DNA of 36,095 nt. Origin: a virus. Both the position numbers and the translations under genes were made by a program. Positions 6,595-15,758 of the stretch are shown piece by piece. Numbering within the stretch: the first letter of the stretch is position 1; every line of letters starts with the position of its first letter. The notes beneath the pieces are model-generated. The model searched no databases. It saw only the letters and a program-made list of their open reading frames with translations, and had not been told where the DNA came from. The stretch spans positions 1 through 36,095 of the IMG/VR virus record IMGVR_UViG_3300045988_138052; one strand, 5' to 3'.

Positions 6595-7334
6595 TGTTGT
6601 ATTGTGAGAAATGTGGTGAGTGGGTGGAGTATTATCCTATGCTTGGGCGTAAACAGCACTGTCTTATATGTAATAGTAAACTGCGTAAAGAATTTAAGAT
6701 TAAGATTGATATATCCAAATTAGAAAAACAGATGAGAATAAGAGACGCCTTGGCTGAGAAACCAGATATACAACCATCTATCCAGTGCGACAAGTGTCAT
6801 AAATGGATAGAATACAACTACTGCTCTGGTTACAGTCATCGCTGCAGTGGGCGTGCAGATGAGATTCGTAGAGCCGCGCATAAAAGATTGTACTCTACGA
6901 AATCCCTTAAAAATCGTGATGCTCAAATTTTTGAAATGTATAATCTTGCTAACGATTTAGACTCTGCAAGCGTAGTGTACGACCCAACAGCCAATAAACC
7001 ATCAAGAAAGGATGTTGAAATGAATAATCGCAAAAGAGAACAAGTTAAGCAATTGGTAATGGCAATTAACTATGCAAAAGAAAGAATATTGTATCTCGAG
7101 AGGCTCAAACGGAAAGACGATTACGATATTCTCATAAAAGACAACACAAATAATACAGAGCCTGAAGTGATCGAAAATGGGTATGAAATCATAAACCAAA
7201 TCATTTATAGTTATAAACAAAGTCTTGAAAATTATAACAAAGAACTGGATGAGCTGCTCACTCCAGAGACTACAGGAAACGAGCAATATGTGCCACCCAA
7301 GGACAAGAGATGGTTTTGGGGGAAAGGAGCTTAA
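6594..7334 (+). CDS. Hypothetical protein with two Cys-rich ribbon-like motifs and a coiled-coil C-terminal half.
   Basis: CEKCGEWVEYY...CLIC and CDKCHKWIEYNYC...HRC. Confidence 0.6.
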   Translation: MLYCEKCGEWVEYYPMLGRKQHCLICNSKLRKEFKIKIDISKLEKQMRIRDALAEKPDIQPSIQCDKCHKWIEYNYCSGYSHRCSGRADEIRRAAHKRLYSTKSLKNRDAQIFEMYNLANDLDSASVVYDPTANKPSRKDVEMNNRKREQVKQLVMAINYAKERILYLERLKRKDDYDILIKDNTNNTEPEVIENGYEIINQIIYSYKQSLENYNKELDELLTPETTGNEQYVPPKDKRWFWGKGA

Positions 7335-7338
7335 TGTA

Positions 7339-7761
7339 ATGGATAGATGTGGATTCCTTAGTCTTAGACTATTCGTTTACTTTGTAGCCATGATGATAGT
7401 AGGGCTGTTCTTACAATATTCTGATATTGGAGTAGCTTTAATGACATTTGCTGTATTTTTAGGTCCTTGGGTCGTATCAATAGAGCTTAGAGAGTATAGC
7501 GACAGCCTAATAGAAGAACGATGGAAAATATTCAAACCTGGTATATTGGAGATAATATTGATCGTATTGTTCATTGGTTGGTTTGCTTTTATAAGTAGCC
7601 TACATCTTGAGCATAAGCGACCAGAACAAATAGAACAAGAGTATCAGAATCGCTGCAAACAGTTGTATGGAACTGAAGCTGGAGTGTTTACGGAGCGCAG
7701 ACATTCGAGTATATATCGCTATTGTTACGACGCTAATGGCGACGTAAAGGTGTTTCATTAA
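7339..7761 (+). CDS. Hypothetical integral membrane protein (about 140 aa, 3-4 TM segments).
   Basis: ATG at 7339 with AAGGAG 9 nt upstream. Hydrophobic segments LRLFVYFVAMMIVGLFL, VALMTFAVFLGPWVV and ILEIILIVLFIGWFAFI. The longer track ORF overlaps the upstream gene. Confidence 0.6.
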   Translation: MDRCGFLSLRLFVYFVAMMIVGLFLQYSDIGVALMTFAVFLGPWVVSIELREYSDSLIEERWKIFKPGILEIILIVLFIGWFAFISSLHLEHKRPEQIEQEYQNRCKQLYGTEAGVFTERRHSSIYRYCYDANGDVKVFH

Positions 7762-7783
7762 AGATAAGTATGGCGAGGATTAT

Positions 7784-8083
7784 ATGTTGATAGATAAATA
7801 TCTTACGAATGTTAGAAAAGAAATAAACTTCAGCTATAAAGGATACGATGTATCAATGACTATCACTGTTAACGGAGGATCGTGCAAGGTGTTTAAGGAC
7901 GGCAAATTGCAGCGTGGAGATATTGTATTCTCCTATTTTGCTCCTCCGAAAGATCTCTTAGAGGCTACGGAACGAGGTGTGTATGCGGTATTAAATATTA
8001 TGAATACTATAGAAAATATTATCAGATATAATTATGATCCATCTCAATCGGCTAATCGACTGCCTGGAGAAAGATATGAGTAA
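7784..8083 (+). CDS. Hypothetical protein (99 aa).
   Basis: ORF with GAGGA RBS. Confidence 0.55.
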   Translation: MLIDKYLTNVRKEINFSYKGYDVSMTITVNGGSCKVFKDGKLQRGDIVFSYFAPPKDLLEATERGVYAVLNIMNTIENIIRYNYDPSQSANRLPGERYE

Positions 8084-8777
8084 AAATACCATAGTGGGCT
8101 TTCGCCCGTCAGGTAGATTGCATTTAGGACATTATGTCAGCGTGATAAAACCAGCGATAGAATACAAAGCAGACATCCTGATAGCTAAACACCACGCGCC
8201 ACTGTCAGAACCTGAATATGAGGAACAAGCGTTGAGTGTACTCAGAATGTTTAAGCTGAGTAGTCAAGTCGTCGAGCAGAGATTAGATGTCGCTTTACTA
8301 GCCAAGCTGTTAGCCGTAACACCTAGTCACTTACTGAATGCCATGCCACAGTATAAGGCTAAAGAAAAGACTGCGCTAATGTACGTATACCCAGTGATGA
8401 TGTCTCTAGATATTACAGGCTACGATAGAGTAATTGTTGGTGAAGACCAGCGTCCTCATATCGAATTTGCAAGAGACATCCTGCCGCGTGTTGGATTGAA
8501 GTGCCCAGACCCAATTTATACAGAAGCCAAGATCATGGACTTAAGGCATCCTGATCGTAAGATGAGTAAGTCTGAGCCAAAGTCGTGTTTATTCCTGGAT
8601 GATGAAGATTATGAGCGCAAGATCATGAAAGCAGTTACCGATGACAAAGGACTAGTAAATTTGAGAAACATCTATACGGAGTTGGGTGGTCGGTCTGATA
8701 TTGAAAACATGAGCAACTACGATCTAAAGCGAGCGATTGTAAAATTATATAAAACACTAGTGAATCGGCAAAGATAA
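8076..8777 (+). CDS. Truncated tryptophanyl-tRNA-synthetase-like class I aaRS (about 233 aa, against about 330 aa for bacterial TrpRS).
   Basis: GFRPSGRLHLGHY (HIGH region), YPVMMSLDI...VIVGEDQRPHIEFARDI (TrpRS core GEDQ.QH.E..RD), KMSKS at 8559-8573, and KIMKAVTD / NIYTEL as in TrpRS. Only about 67 aa follow KMSKS. Confidence 0.7.
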   Translation: MSKNTIVGFRPSGRLHLGHYVSVIKPAIEYKADILIAKHHAPLSEPEYEEQALSVLRMFKLSSQVVEQRLDVALLAKLLAVTPSHLLNAMPQYKAKEKTALMYVYPVMMSLDITGYDRVIVGEDQRPHIEFARDILPRVGLKCPDPIYTEAKIMDLRHPDRKMSKSEPKSCLFLDDEDYERKIMKAVTDDKGLVNLRNIYTELGGRSDIENMSNYDLKRAIVKLYKTLVNRQR

Positions 8778-8803
8778 TTAAGAAACAATATGAGAGTATA
8801 ATA

Positions 8804-8832
8804 TTTACAATGCTCATGCTTTCCTGTATAAT
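8804..8832 (+). promoter_or_regulatory. Sigma70-type promoter ahead of the packaging/structural operon.
   Basis: TTTACA (8804-8809), 17-nt spacer, TATAAT (8827-8832). Confidence 0.55.
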
Positions 8833-8883
8833 ATAGGACAATAAGAGGTCCTTTAGCAGTATATTCCTTGCGAGGAATTTTTA

Positions 8884-9414
8884 ATGGCAAAAACAGCCGC
8901 TAAAGATAAACCTAAATCTTCTAAAGTGCCACCAAAGAAAACGCCCAAAAAGAACGGGCGTCCTTCAAAGTATACCGATAAACTAGCTGATAAAATTTGT
9001 CAAATGATTGCTCAAGGGCAATCGGTCCGTTCTATTTGTGCAAAAAAGGACATGATCTCTATGCAGACGTTTTTCCGCTGGCTGCGAGAAAATGATAAGT
9101 TTCGTGAGCAATACGCGCGTGCGTGTGAGGAGCGGTCGTATATGCACGCCGAAGACATCATTGAGATTGCCGACAACGCTAGTAATGACTATATGGAAAA
9201 GTTGGAAGGTGACGGCTATATATTCAACAGCGAAAACGTTCAGCGGTCACGTCTGCGGATTGATACGCGTAAATGGTTGATGTCTAAGCTAAACCCGAAA
9301 GTCTACGGCGACAAGCTAGATATGACGACAAACGGTAACGATATAGGAGTGACGCTAAGTGCAAGCCAAGCCGAGCAGCTGCTTAACGCAAGAGCAAATC
9401 GTCGGGATTCTTAG
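8884..9414 (+). CDS. terS: Terminase small subunit.
   Basis: GRPSKYTDKLADKIC...QSVRSIC (HTH) and RLRIDTRKWLMSKLNPKVYGDK, typical of this TerS family. Immediately upstream of TerL. Confidence 0.75.
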   Translation: MAKTAAKDKPKSSKVPPKKTPKKNGRPSKYTDKLADKICQMIAQGQSVRSICAKKDMISMQTFFRWLRENDKFREQYARACEERSYMHAEDIIEIADNASNDYMEKLEGDGYIFNSENVQRSRLRIDTRKWLMSKLNPKVYGDKLDMTTNGNDIGVTLSASQAEQLLNARANRRDS

Positions 9415-10864
9415 AGAATCTGCTGAAAATGGTTCTTTCGCCGAATACTGTATTGCTATTGATCCAGATTATCAGCTGAAATGGTTTCATGCTGAGATTG
9501 CAAACAAATTAGAGCAAGGGTTCTACAGGCTGATGGCAGGTGAAGATGTACGCCTGATAATCACTATGCCACCGCGTCACGGTAAGAGTGCTATGGCTAC
9601 GCAGAAATTTACGTCGTGGGTTTTGGGTAAAGTGCCAAATATGCCAATTGCAGTGACATCATACAATGCCGATTTGGCGACTGATTTTGGACAAAACACC
9701 AGGGATATTATGAAATCTAGTGCATACCGAGCAATGTTTCCAACACGCCTGCGTGCGGACGCCCGTGCGAAAGGTCGCTGGATTACCAAAGAGGGCGGTG
9801 CATACACGGCAGTTGGTGTTGGTGGTGCGCTGACAGGACGAGGTCTTAAAATTGGTATTATTGACGACCCATTCAAAAATGATGAAGAAGCAAACAGTCC
9901 TGTTATACGTGATGCCAGATACTCCTGGTATCGCTCAACATTTGCAACTCGTGAAGAGGGAAATTCCATGGTAGTGTTGATATTGACGCGTTGGCATGAG
10001 GACGATTTAGCAGGTAGGATATTAGCCGCCGCCGCTGACGCTAAAGCTAAGGGTGAGCCGCATGACGATTGGGAGGTGATTGAATTCAAGGCTATTGCCG
10101 AAAAAGATGACGAGCATCGCAAAAAAGGCGAAGCTCTATGGCCAGAGAAATTTTCAATTGAAAAACTGCGGAAAAAACAAACAGAGATAGGCAGTTATGC
10201 ATTTTCGTCACTTTACCAACAAAGCCCAATCAATGAGCAAAATCGTAAGTTCAAGAAGGCATGGTATAGATATCGTGAATTTAGCAATGTATTACAGCTT
10301 GATACCTACAACGTTATGACTATTGACCCGCGCGGTAAAGATGATATTGATCAAGGTACCGACTACATCGGTATAACCCTTAACTTTATCGACCGCGAAG
10401 GAAAGTGGAACGTGATATGTTACCGCACGAAGCTATCCGCGACTGACCTAGTAGACCTCATGTTTACCAACTGGAAGCGGTACAATCTACACAAGATTGG
10501 TATCGAGGATAACCAGTTTACTCAAGCTCTGAAGTCTGTTTGGGAAGAGGAGATGTTACGTAGAGGTGTCTATATGGATGTCGAGCTACTGAAACATGGC
10601 GGACACAGTAAGGCGCTGAGAATTGAAGCTCTAGTTCCACGATACGAACGTGGCGGCATCTATCACATTAAACACGGTGATACGAATTTCTGTAAAGACC
10701 TAGAAGGTGAACTCAGTATGTTTCCTAAAGCCACCAACGATGACGCAAGCGATTCATTAGCATATCAAGTACAGCTAGCTCAACGCCCAGAGGACGATGT
10801 CGGTAGCGGCGAGGTATACAATCAATCACTTACAGATAGAGACATAACAGCAACATGGAATTAA
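9359..10864 (+). CDS. terL: Terminase large subunit.
   Basis: Walker A-like PPRHGKS, Walker B-like IGIIDDP, a C-terminal nuclease half and synteny with the portal. GTG start with AGGAG 9 nt upstream, overlapping terS. Confidence 0.85.
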   Translation: MQAKPSSCLTQEQIVGILRESAENGSFAEYCIAIDPDYQLKWFHAEIANKLEQGFYRLMAGEDVRLIITMPPRHGKSAMATQKFTSWVLGKVPNMPIAVTSYNADLATDFGQNTRDIMKSSAYRAMFPTRLRADARAKGRWITKEGGAYTAVGVGGALTGRGLKIGIIDDPFKNDEEANSPVIRDARYSWYRSTFATREEGNSMVVLILTRWHEDDLAGRILAAAADAKAKGEPHDDWEVIEFKAIAEKDDEHRKKGEALWPEKFSIEKLRKKQTEIGSYAFSSLYQQSPINEQNRKFKKAWYRYREFSNVLQLDTYNVMTIDPRGKDDIDQGTDYIGITLNFIDREGKWNVICYRTKLSATDLVDLMFTNWKRYNLHKIGIEDNQFTQALKSVWEEEMLRRGVYMDVELLKHGGHSKALRIEALVPRYERGGIYHIKHGDTNFCKDLEGELSMFPKATNDDASDSLAYQVQLAQRPEDDVGSGEVYNQSLTDRDITATWN

Positions 10865-10874
10865 GGAGGGAGTT

Positions 10875-11150
10875 GTGAAAACAATCGAGCCAGCAAATCA
10901 TCAAGTCTTTGCAAAGAGAATCGAAGCATCAGAGCAGACAGCTAGTGGTATATTTGTACCTAAGAATGCGGTAGACAACCTATCTCAGGCGGAAGTTATT
11001 AATGTCGGTGCTTTGGTTAAAGATTTTAAGCAACATGATCAGATTATTTATCGAGAGTATGCAGCGACAGAGACGAAGCTTAATGATAATGAATATCTGT
11101 TGATATCAGATGAAGATATTCTAGGTAAAATCATCGAGGTGGAGGGTTAG
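10875..11150 (+). CDS. GroES/Cpn10-like co-chaperonin.
   Basis: 91 aa. The pattern P...VFAKRIE..EQTASGIFVP......QAEVINVG......D.IIY.EY..TE.KL...EYLLISDEDILGKI matches Cpn10. Confidence 0.65.
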   Translation: MKTIEPANHQVFAKRIEASEQTASGIFVPKNAVDNLSQAEVINVGALVKDFKQHDQIIYREYAATETKLNDNEYLLISDEDILGKIIEVEG

Positions 11151-11151
11151 T

Positions 11152-11472
11152 ATGAAAAAGTTTGTACCAGAGTTTGGTAAAGTGAAAGAGAAGCAGCAGC
11201 TAGATGACAATACTATGGTTGAAGTTGAGAAGAATTATCAAAACCACAACATCATTGGAACAAAACTACATTTTGAGGAACGCTTCCGTGTTGGATCTAT
11301 GGCTGAGGCACGAGATAAAGTTGACGAACTCACTATGAGGATTGAGAAGGATGAAGGCTTAATCAACCCATCAATACAATATGATGGCAGGGCCAAGATG
11401 GTGTATAAAGGATCATTTGATGTCGTCTTTAAATACACAAAGCTTGGAGCGCAACGGAATATTTCCCAATAA
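11152..11472 (+). CDS. Hypothetical protein (106 aa).
   Basis: ORF coupled to the upstream gene. Confidence 0.55.
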   Translation: MKKFVPEFGKVKEKQQLDDNTMVEVEKNYQNHNIIGTKLHFEERFRVGSMAEARDKVDELTMRIEKDEGLINPSIQYDGRAKMVYKGSFDVVFKYTKLGAQRNISQ

Positions 11473-11481
11473 ACATAATTG

Positions 11482-11490
11482 TGATATAAT
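11482..11490 (+). promoter_or_regulatory. Extended -10 promoter element (TGaTATAAT) ahead of the portal gene.
   Basis: TG at 11482-83, TATAAT at 11485-90, in an intergenic position. Confidence 0.35.
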
Positions 11491-11555
11491 ACAAGCGTAA
11501 ACCACTGAAAACAACCAGAGTTTACTGCAAATAACAGTAATCTTTGGAGTAATCA

Positions 11556-13487
11556 GTGGCTTTTTCTTTTCTAACAGAGAAAAACATCTTTGACCTATAC
11601 GGTACTGCTAAAGAGCAGACCGAACTGCTGACCGAGCCGTTTTCGGAGTTTTCTCGTATTGCCCGAAATAAGCCACACCCGAAAATCCCGAAGGCATTTC
11701 CGAAGACTACCGACGGTACAGCATCTTCAATCATCATCAAATCGCCGCGACGCACGATTCAGCAGCTACCAACCGGCGTCGTTAGTACTGTCGATGAGAA
11801 CAGTCCATGGCCGATTATCGCCGAGTTTGCCTACCTAGAGAATATTCTACCGAACGCCAACACCGAATACGACTTGATTCATAAGAGCTGGATGACAGTA
11901 GAGGGCGGCCAGACGTTTGGCTCGGTAGCGGTATACACACCAATGCTATATAACGACGATGAGCTCCTGCCAGACTACCTGATCGTATCCTGGCGAGATA
12001 TTTCTATTCAACCAGGTAAGAAATCTGCTAGTGATTGCAGTTATGTATTCATGCGTTCATGGTGGCAAGAGGCTGACGTCGAGCAGCTTATTGACGCTGA
12101 AAAAGAACGCCGCCGCAAAGCTAAGGAAGAGAATGCAGAGTATGAACCGTCATGGGATTTGGAAGCTTTGGAGGAAATCAAGGACGCTATTATCAGCAAA
12201 GATGATAAAGCACAGAATGAAGCTGAGCAGGAGCGGTCGCTTGACCCATCAGGTATTGAAATTGTAACCGGTTTTCAGGTTGGTGTTGGTGCAACGTTCT
12301 ATACCTTTAATCCTGCTACTGAAAAGATTGTGCGACGTAAGCAAAATAAAGACCCACGTGGCAAGATGCCTATCTCTTGGTATTTCTATGACGCCGATGG
12401 TGCAAACCCTCTTGGGCGTAGCGTATTGGAGCTTATTGGTCCTCTTCAGAATCTTATTGACAGCGATATGCAGGCGTATCAGTACAACCGCGCTGTAGCG
12501 TTGCAGCCAACCATTAATGTTTTTGGTAACGTCAACGAGCGCCGGCTCAACTTTGGCGCTAACGCCGTTAACAAGATTCAAGATCAAAATGCGCGCATCG
12601 AGCCGATGAATATCGACACGACCGCCCTACGCGAATATCCAAACCTGTACGGATTGCAAAAGTCGCAGATGCTCAACCTGGTCAACAGTCCAGACACCTC
12701 AATCAGTGCTGAGGTTGGCAACCCTGGGTTTGGCAAGACACCGCAAGCCTTGAAGACTCAACAAGCACAATTATCCATTGATGATAACGCCCTCCGCAAA
12801 GGCTTTGAAGCATTCTTTGAAGAATGGAGCGAGACAGCTATCAATCTCTACTTTGCTGAGCGTAGTGGAGTGGAGAAAATGCAGCTTGATGATGAAACAG
12901 CCGAGAAGTTGCGAACATTGGAGCGCGATGGTCATGAGCTGGACGGCGTTGAACTAGATGAAAATAACGTAGCAACTATTGATTTCTCTAAAGCACAAGG
13001 CGTATTGAAGTTTAAGATTGACGCTTCAACCACCAAAGTCAACAGTGAAGCGGCACAGCTTGATGCACTAAAAACCCTGATTCAGACATTAGACTCAAGC
13101 CAATCACTCAACCAAGTTGTGCCAATCAAAAAGAAGCTGGCAGCGTGGAACGCAATCGTCGCCAACTCTGGAATTGATGGATTAGACGAGCTGAAAGTTA
13201 CTGAAGAAGAAATGCAGGAGGCACAAACTCAAACTGCAATTCCTGCTACTGATGAAACAGCCGCAGAAGAAACGGCCGAACAGCCAGTAGAAGATGGGGT
13301 ACAGGTTACTGAAACCCCTGTAGAGCCACAAGAAGATGCAGAGCCAAGCATTGTGAGCGAATTGCGTCAGATTGGCACACCTGAAGACTTAATCGCGGAA
13401 GTACCAAGCATGATTGAAAAAGGTTTTACCGAAGAGGAGATAATCACCTCAATTATGGGCGTTATTCAGAAAGAGGAGGATGAATAA
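11556..13487 (+). CDS. Portal protein.
   Basis: 643 aa, located after TerL and before the scaffold and capsid genes, with an acidic C-terminal tail. GTG start with GGAG RBS. Confidence 0.75.
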   Translation: MAFSFLTEKNIFDLYGTAKEQTELLTEPFSEFSRIARNKPHPKIPKAFPKTTDGTASSIIIKSPRRTIQQLPTGVVSTVDENSPWPIIAEFAYLENILPNANTEYDLIHKSWMTVEGGQTFGSVAVYTPMLYNDDELLPDYLIVSWRDISIQPGKKSASDCSYVFMRSWWQEADVEQLIDAEKERRRKAKEENAEYEPSWDLEALEEIKDAIISKDDKAQNEAEQERSLDPSGIEIVTGFQVGVGATFYTFNPATEKIVRRKQNKDPRGKMPISWYFYDADGANPLGRSVLELIGPLQNLIDSDMQAYQYNRAVALQPTINVFGNVNERRLNFGANAVNKIQDQNARIEPMNIDTTALREYPNLYGLQKSQMLNLVNSPDTSISAEVGNPGFGKTPQALKTQQAQLSIDDNALRKGFEAFFEEWSETAINLYFAERSGVEKMQLDDETAEKLRTLERDGHELDGVELDENNVATIDFSKAQGVLKFKIDASTTKVNSEAAQLDALKTLIQTLDSSQSLNQVVPIKKKLAAWNAIVANSGIDGLDELKVTEEEMQEAQTQTAIPATDETAAEETAEQPVEDGVQVTETPVEPQEDAEPSIVSELRQIGTPEDLIAEVPSMIEKGFTEEEIITSIMGVIQKEEDE

Positions 13488-13789
13488 TGGAAGACAATCT
13501 ATACCCACGTAGTACCGAGTACTTTGTGCCAAATGCTGACATGGATGAGCAGCGCGAAAAAGCCAAGCAGGCAGAGGAAGAGGCTACAAAAAAGGATCTA
13601 CATAAGTTGCAGCAAATTGTAGACCGATGGAACGAGCGGATCGATTTCTACAAGTCAGTTGATGCTATCCCAGAAGGGGCTATTGCCGATAAAGAGCAGC
13701 TGGCGATTTACATGTTGGCACATAAGGAAGTTGTGCGGATTTTACGAGAGGAAAGGAGTGCATTGGAGAGTATCATCGACCCCATTTAG
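13487..13789 (+). CDS. Hypothetical head-module protein (100 aa, coiled-coil).
   Basis: ORF with ATAATG coupling to the portal gene. Confidence 0.55.
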   Translation: MEDNLYPRSTEYFVPNADMDEQREKAKQAEEEATKKDLHKLQQIVDRWNERIDFYKSVDAIPEGAIADKEQLAIYMLAHKEVVRILREERSALESIIDPI

Positions 13790-13801
13790 GGAGGTGTGTT
13801 G

Positions 13802-13838
13802 CTTTGGTTGGCTAATCCTCGCTAGTAGCTAACCAAAG
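13802..13838 (+). other. Stable hairpin between head genes. No T-tract, function unknown.
   Basis: 13-bp stem CTTTGGTTGGCTA / TAGCTAACCAAAG (one G.U). Confidence 0.4.
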
Positions 13839-13911
13839 GAGCGCATCTCACGCAGCCCAGGTTCGTCACCTGTGATCGACGCTTAAACAATTTAATGAGA
13901 AGGAGGGTGCT

Positions 13912-14826
13912 ATGCCGCAAACAGAAGCGGAAAGCCAAGAAGTCGTAAATACCGAGGTGGAGCAGGAGTCTACCCAAGCTGAGTCGACGGCAGCTGAAAC
14001 ACAAAACTCTGAGGCTTCGAGCGAGCCAGACACCAAAGCGGTTATTTCAGATAGCGGTGAGGTGGTACGTGTCAAAGTCGATAAGTCCAAGGAGGAGGAC
14101 AAAGAGGGCGAATCCGAGGACGAGTCAGACAAAGACCCGAAGCCGAAACGGGGCAAGGAAGCCCGCCAAGAGCAACTGGAACGCGAGTTGGACGAAGACA
14201 ATCGAGCTATCCGTGAATTGGTTGCCAGGCGAAACCAAGCGAGAGCTACCCGTCAACAGTTGGAGCAAGAGCAGGCACAGCAATATCAGGAGACACCGCC
14301 TGAAATGCAAGACCAGCCGCTACCAACGTTAGAGCAGATTATGCAGACGGAGAATCCAGAAACTGGAGACTTCTTCACTGAATTTGAAGCTAAGGCGGTG
14401 TTGCAAAACCTACAATTGCAACAGCAAATAACGGTTATGCAGCAAGCTCAAGAGCAAGCGGCTTACGAAGCTCAAGTCAGTGCATCAATTAGCGGTATGT
14501 CGTCAGATGCCGATCGGGCACTCAGAGATTTTCCAGAGTTCGACCCAGAATCTGACAAATACGATGCGGAGCTTGATGCCGAAGTGGATAAGTTCCTACA
14601 AGGAATGCTTATTTACGACAATGCTGGCAATCTTATTGGTTCGCGAGAAAGTATATATCAACTGTATCAAGCTTTCCATAAAAGCAGAGGACGCGCTAAT
14701 AAGAAGAAAGTTATTAGCGGCGGTGCAGATGTTATTGGCTCAGGCAAGGTGTCGAAGACATTCGACAAAATGTCTCGGAGTGAACAGCGTGCCAAGCTCA
14801 TTCGCGAAGGAAAGCTAGAAAGCTAA
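13912..14826 (+). CDS. Scaffolding protein.
   Basis: Highly acidic, Gln/Glu-rich and coiled-coil. Sits directly upstream of the major capsid gene. GAAGGAGG RBS. Confidence 0.65.
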   Translation: MPQTEAESQEVVNTEVEQESTQAESTAAETQNSEASSEPDTKAVISDSGEVVRVKVDKSKEEDKEGESEDESDKDPKPKRGKEARQEQLERELDEDNRAIRELVARRNQARATRQQLEQEQAQQYQETPPEMQDQPLPTLEQIMQTENPETGDFFTEFEAKAVLQNLQLQQQITVMQQAQEQAAYEAQVSASISGMSSDADRALRDFPEFDPESDKYDAELDAEVDKFLQGMLIYDNAGNLIGSRESIYQLYQAFHKSRGRANKKKVISGGADVIGSGKVSKTFDKMSRSEQRAKLIREGKLES

Positions 14827-14834
14827 GGTAACTT

Positions 14835-15758
14835 ATGGCACTAATTACAACCGTCAGTATGGACAAAGAGTTAATGAAGTTTTTGGACTCTGAGTTCTTG
14901 GATCGCAGTGAAGCATTGCTTATTCACGGCGAAGGTGCGAAAAAATCACATTTGAAGCAAAATCACGGTAAAACATACACCTTTACCAAACGAGATCCGA
15001 AGCAAGTAGCCACCACGCCACTTACCGAGGGTGAAAACCCAGCAGAGTCAGGCAAGTCCAGCGGACAGGTCACTGCTGAGTTGAAAACGTATGGTGACTG
15101 GGAGAAAATCAGCTCGCTATTTAAAGAGACCTCAATCGATAAGGGGCAGCAAGAAACTATTGAAGTGTTGGCGCAGCAGGCTGCAGAAACCATCGATGCA
15201 CTCATTCGCAATGCTCTGCACGCTGGTGCAACAACCATGTTTGCTAACGGTAAAGCGGCGCTGTCTAATCTAACCAACGATGACGTCTTGACGCTAAAAG
15301 AGGTTAAGAAGGCAAAGCGTGACCTGAAAAAGCGCAACGCTAAGACCTATGGCGATGGCTACTACATCGGCAAAATTGGTCCAGATACCGCCTACAACTT
15401 GATGAATGACGGTGCATGGATCGAGGCGCAGAAGTATACTGGCCGCAAAGAGCTATACAAGGGTGAAATCGGTACAATTGCTGGTGTTCGCTTCCTGGAA
15501 TGCTCAAGCAACCAGAAAACCGAGCAGGCTGGTTCAGTAACCGTGTACTCAAACTTCATCCACGGTCAGCAAGCGTTCGGTACGATTGCCTTGGAGGGCA
15601 TCAATGAGACGAAGCTCATCATTAAAAACCCAGACAAGCATGACACCAGCAACGCCTTGAACATGTTCTCAACCGCTGGTTGGAAGGCCGAGGCGTTTGC
15701 GGCCGCAGTGCTTGATCCAAAGTGGATCATTAACATTAAGACAGGTGCTAAAGACTAG
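14835..15758 (+). CDS. Major capsid protein (probably HK97-fold).
   Basis: 307 aa. Called from its position after the scaffold gene and its composition. No motif-level proof. Confidence 0.7.
   Translation: MALITTVSMDKELMKFLDSEFLDRSEALLIHGEGAKKSHLKQNHGKTYTFTKRDPKQVATTPLTEGENPAESGKSSGQVTAELKTYGDWEKISSLFKETSIDKGQQETIEVLAQQAAETIDALIRNALHAGATTMFANGKAALSNLTNDDVLTLKEVKKAKRDLKKRNAKTYGDGYYIGKIGPDTAYNLMNDGAWIEAQKYTGRKELYKGEIGTIAGVRFLECSSNQKTEQAGSVTVYSNFIHGQQAFGTIALEGINETKLIIKNPDKHDTSNALNMFSTAGWKAEAFAAAVLDPKWIINIKTGAKD

Noticed and set aside
9577-10122. A 181-aa minus-strand ORF, together with all other minus-strand or alternate-frame track ORFs nested in large + genes. Examples: 1297-1515, 3104-3319, 4486-4815, 12249-12587, 13866-14201, 14963-15337, 15792-15983 and the many ORFs inside 19482-27587.
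   Set aside because: Each is fully embedded in a longer + strand gene with motif or synteny support. They have low-complexity or Ser/Leu/Arg-rich antisense-type composition and no RBS. They are treated as shadow ORFs.
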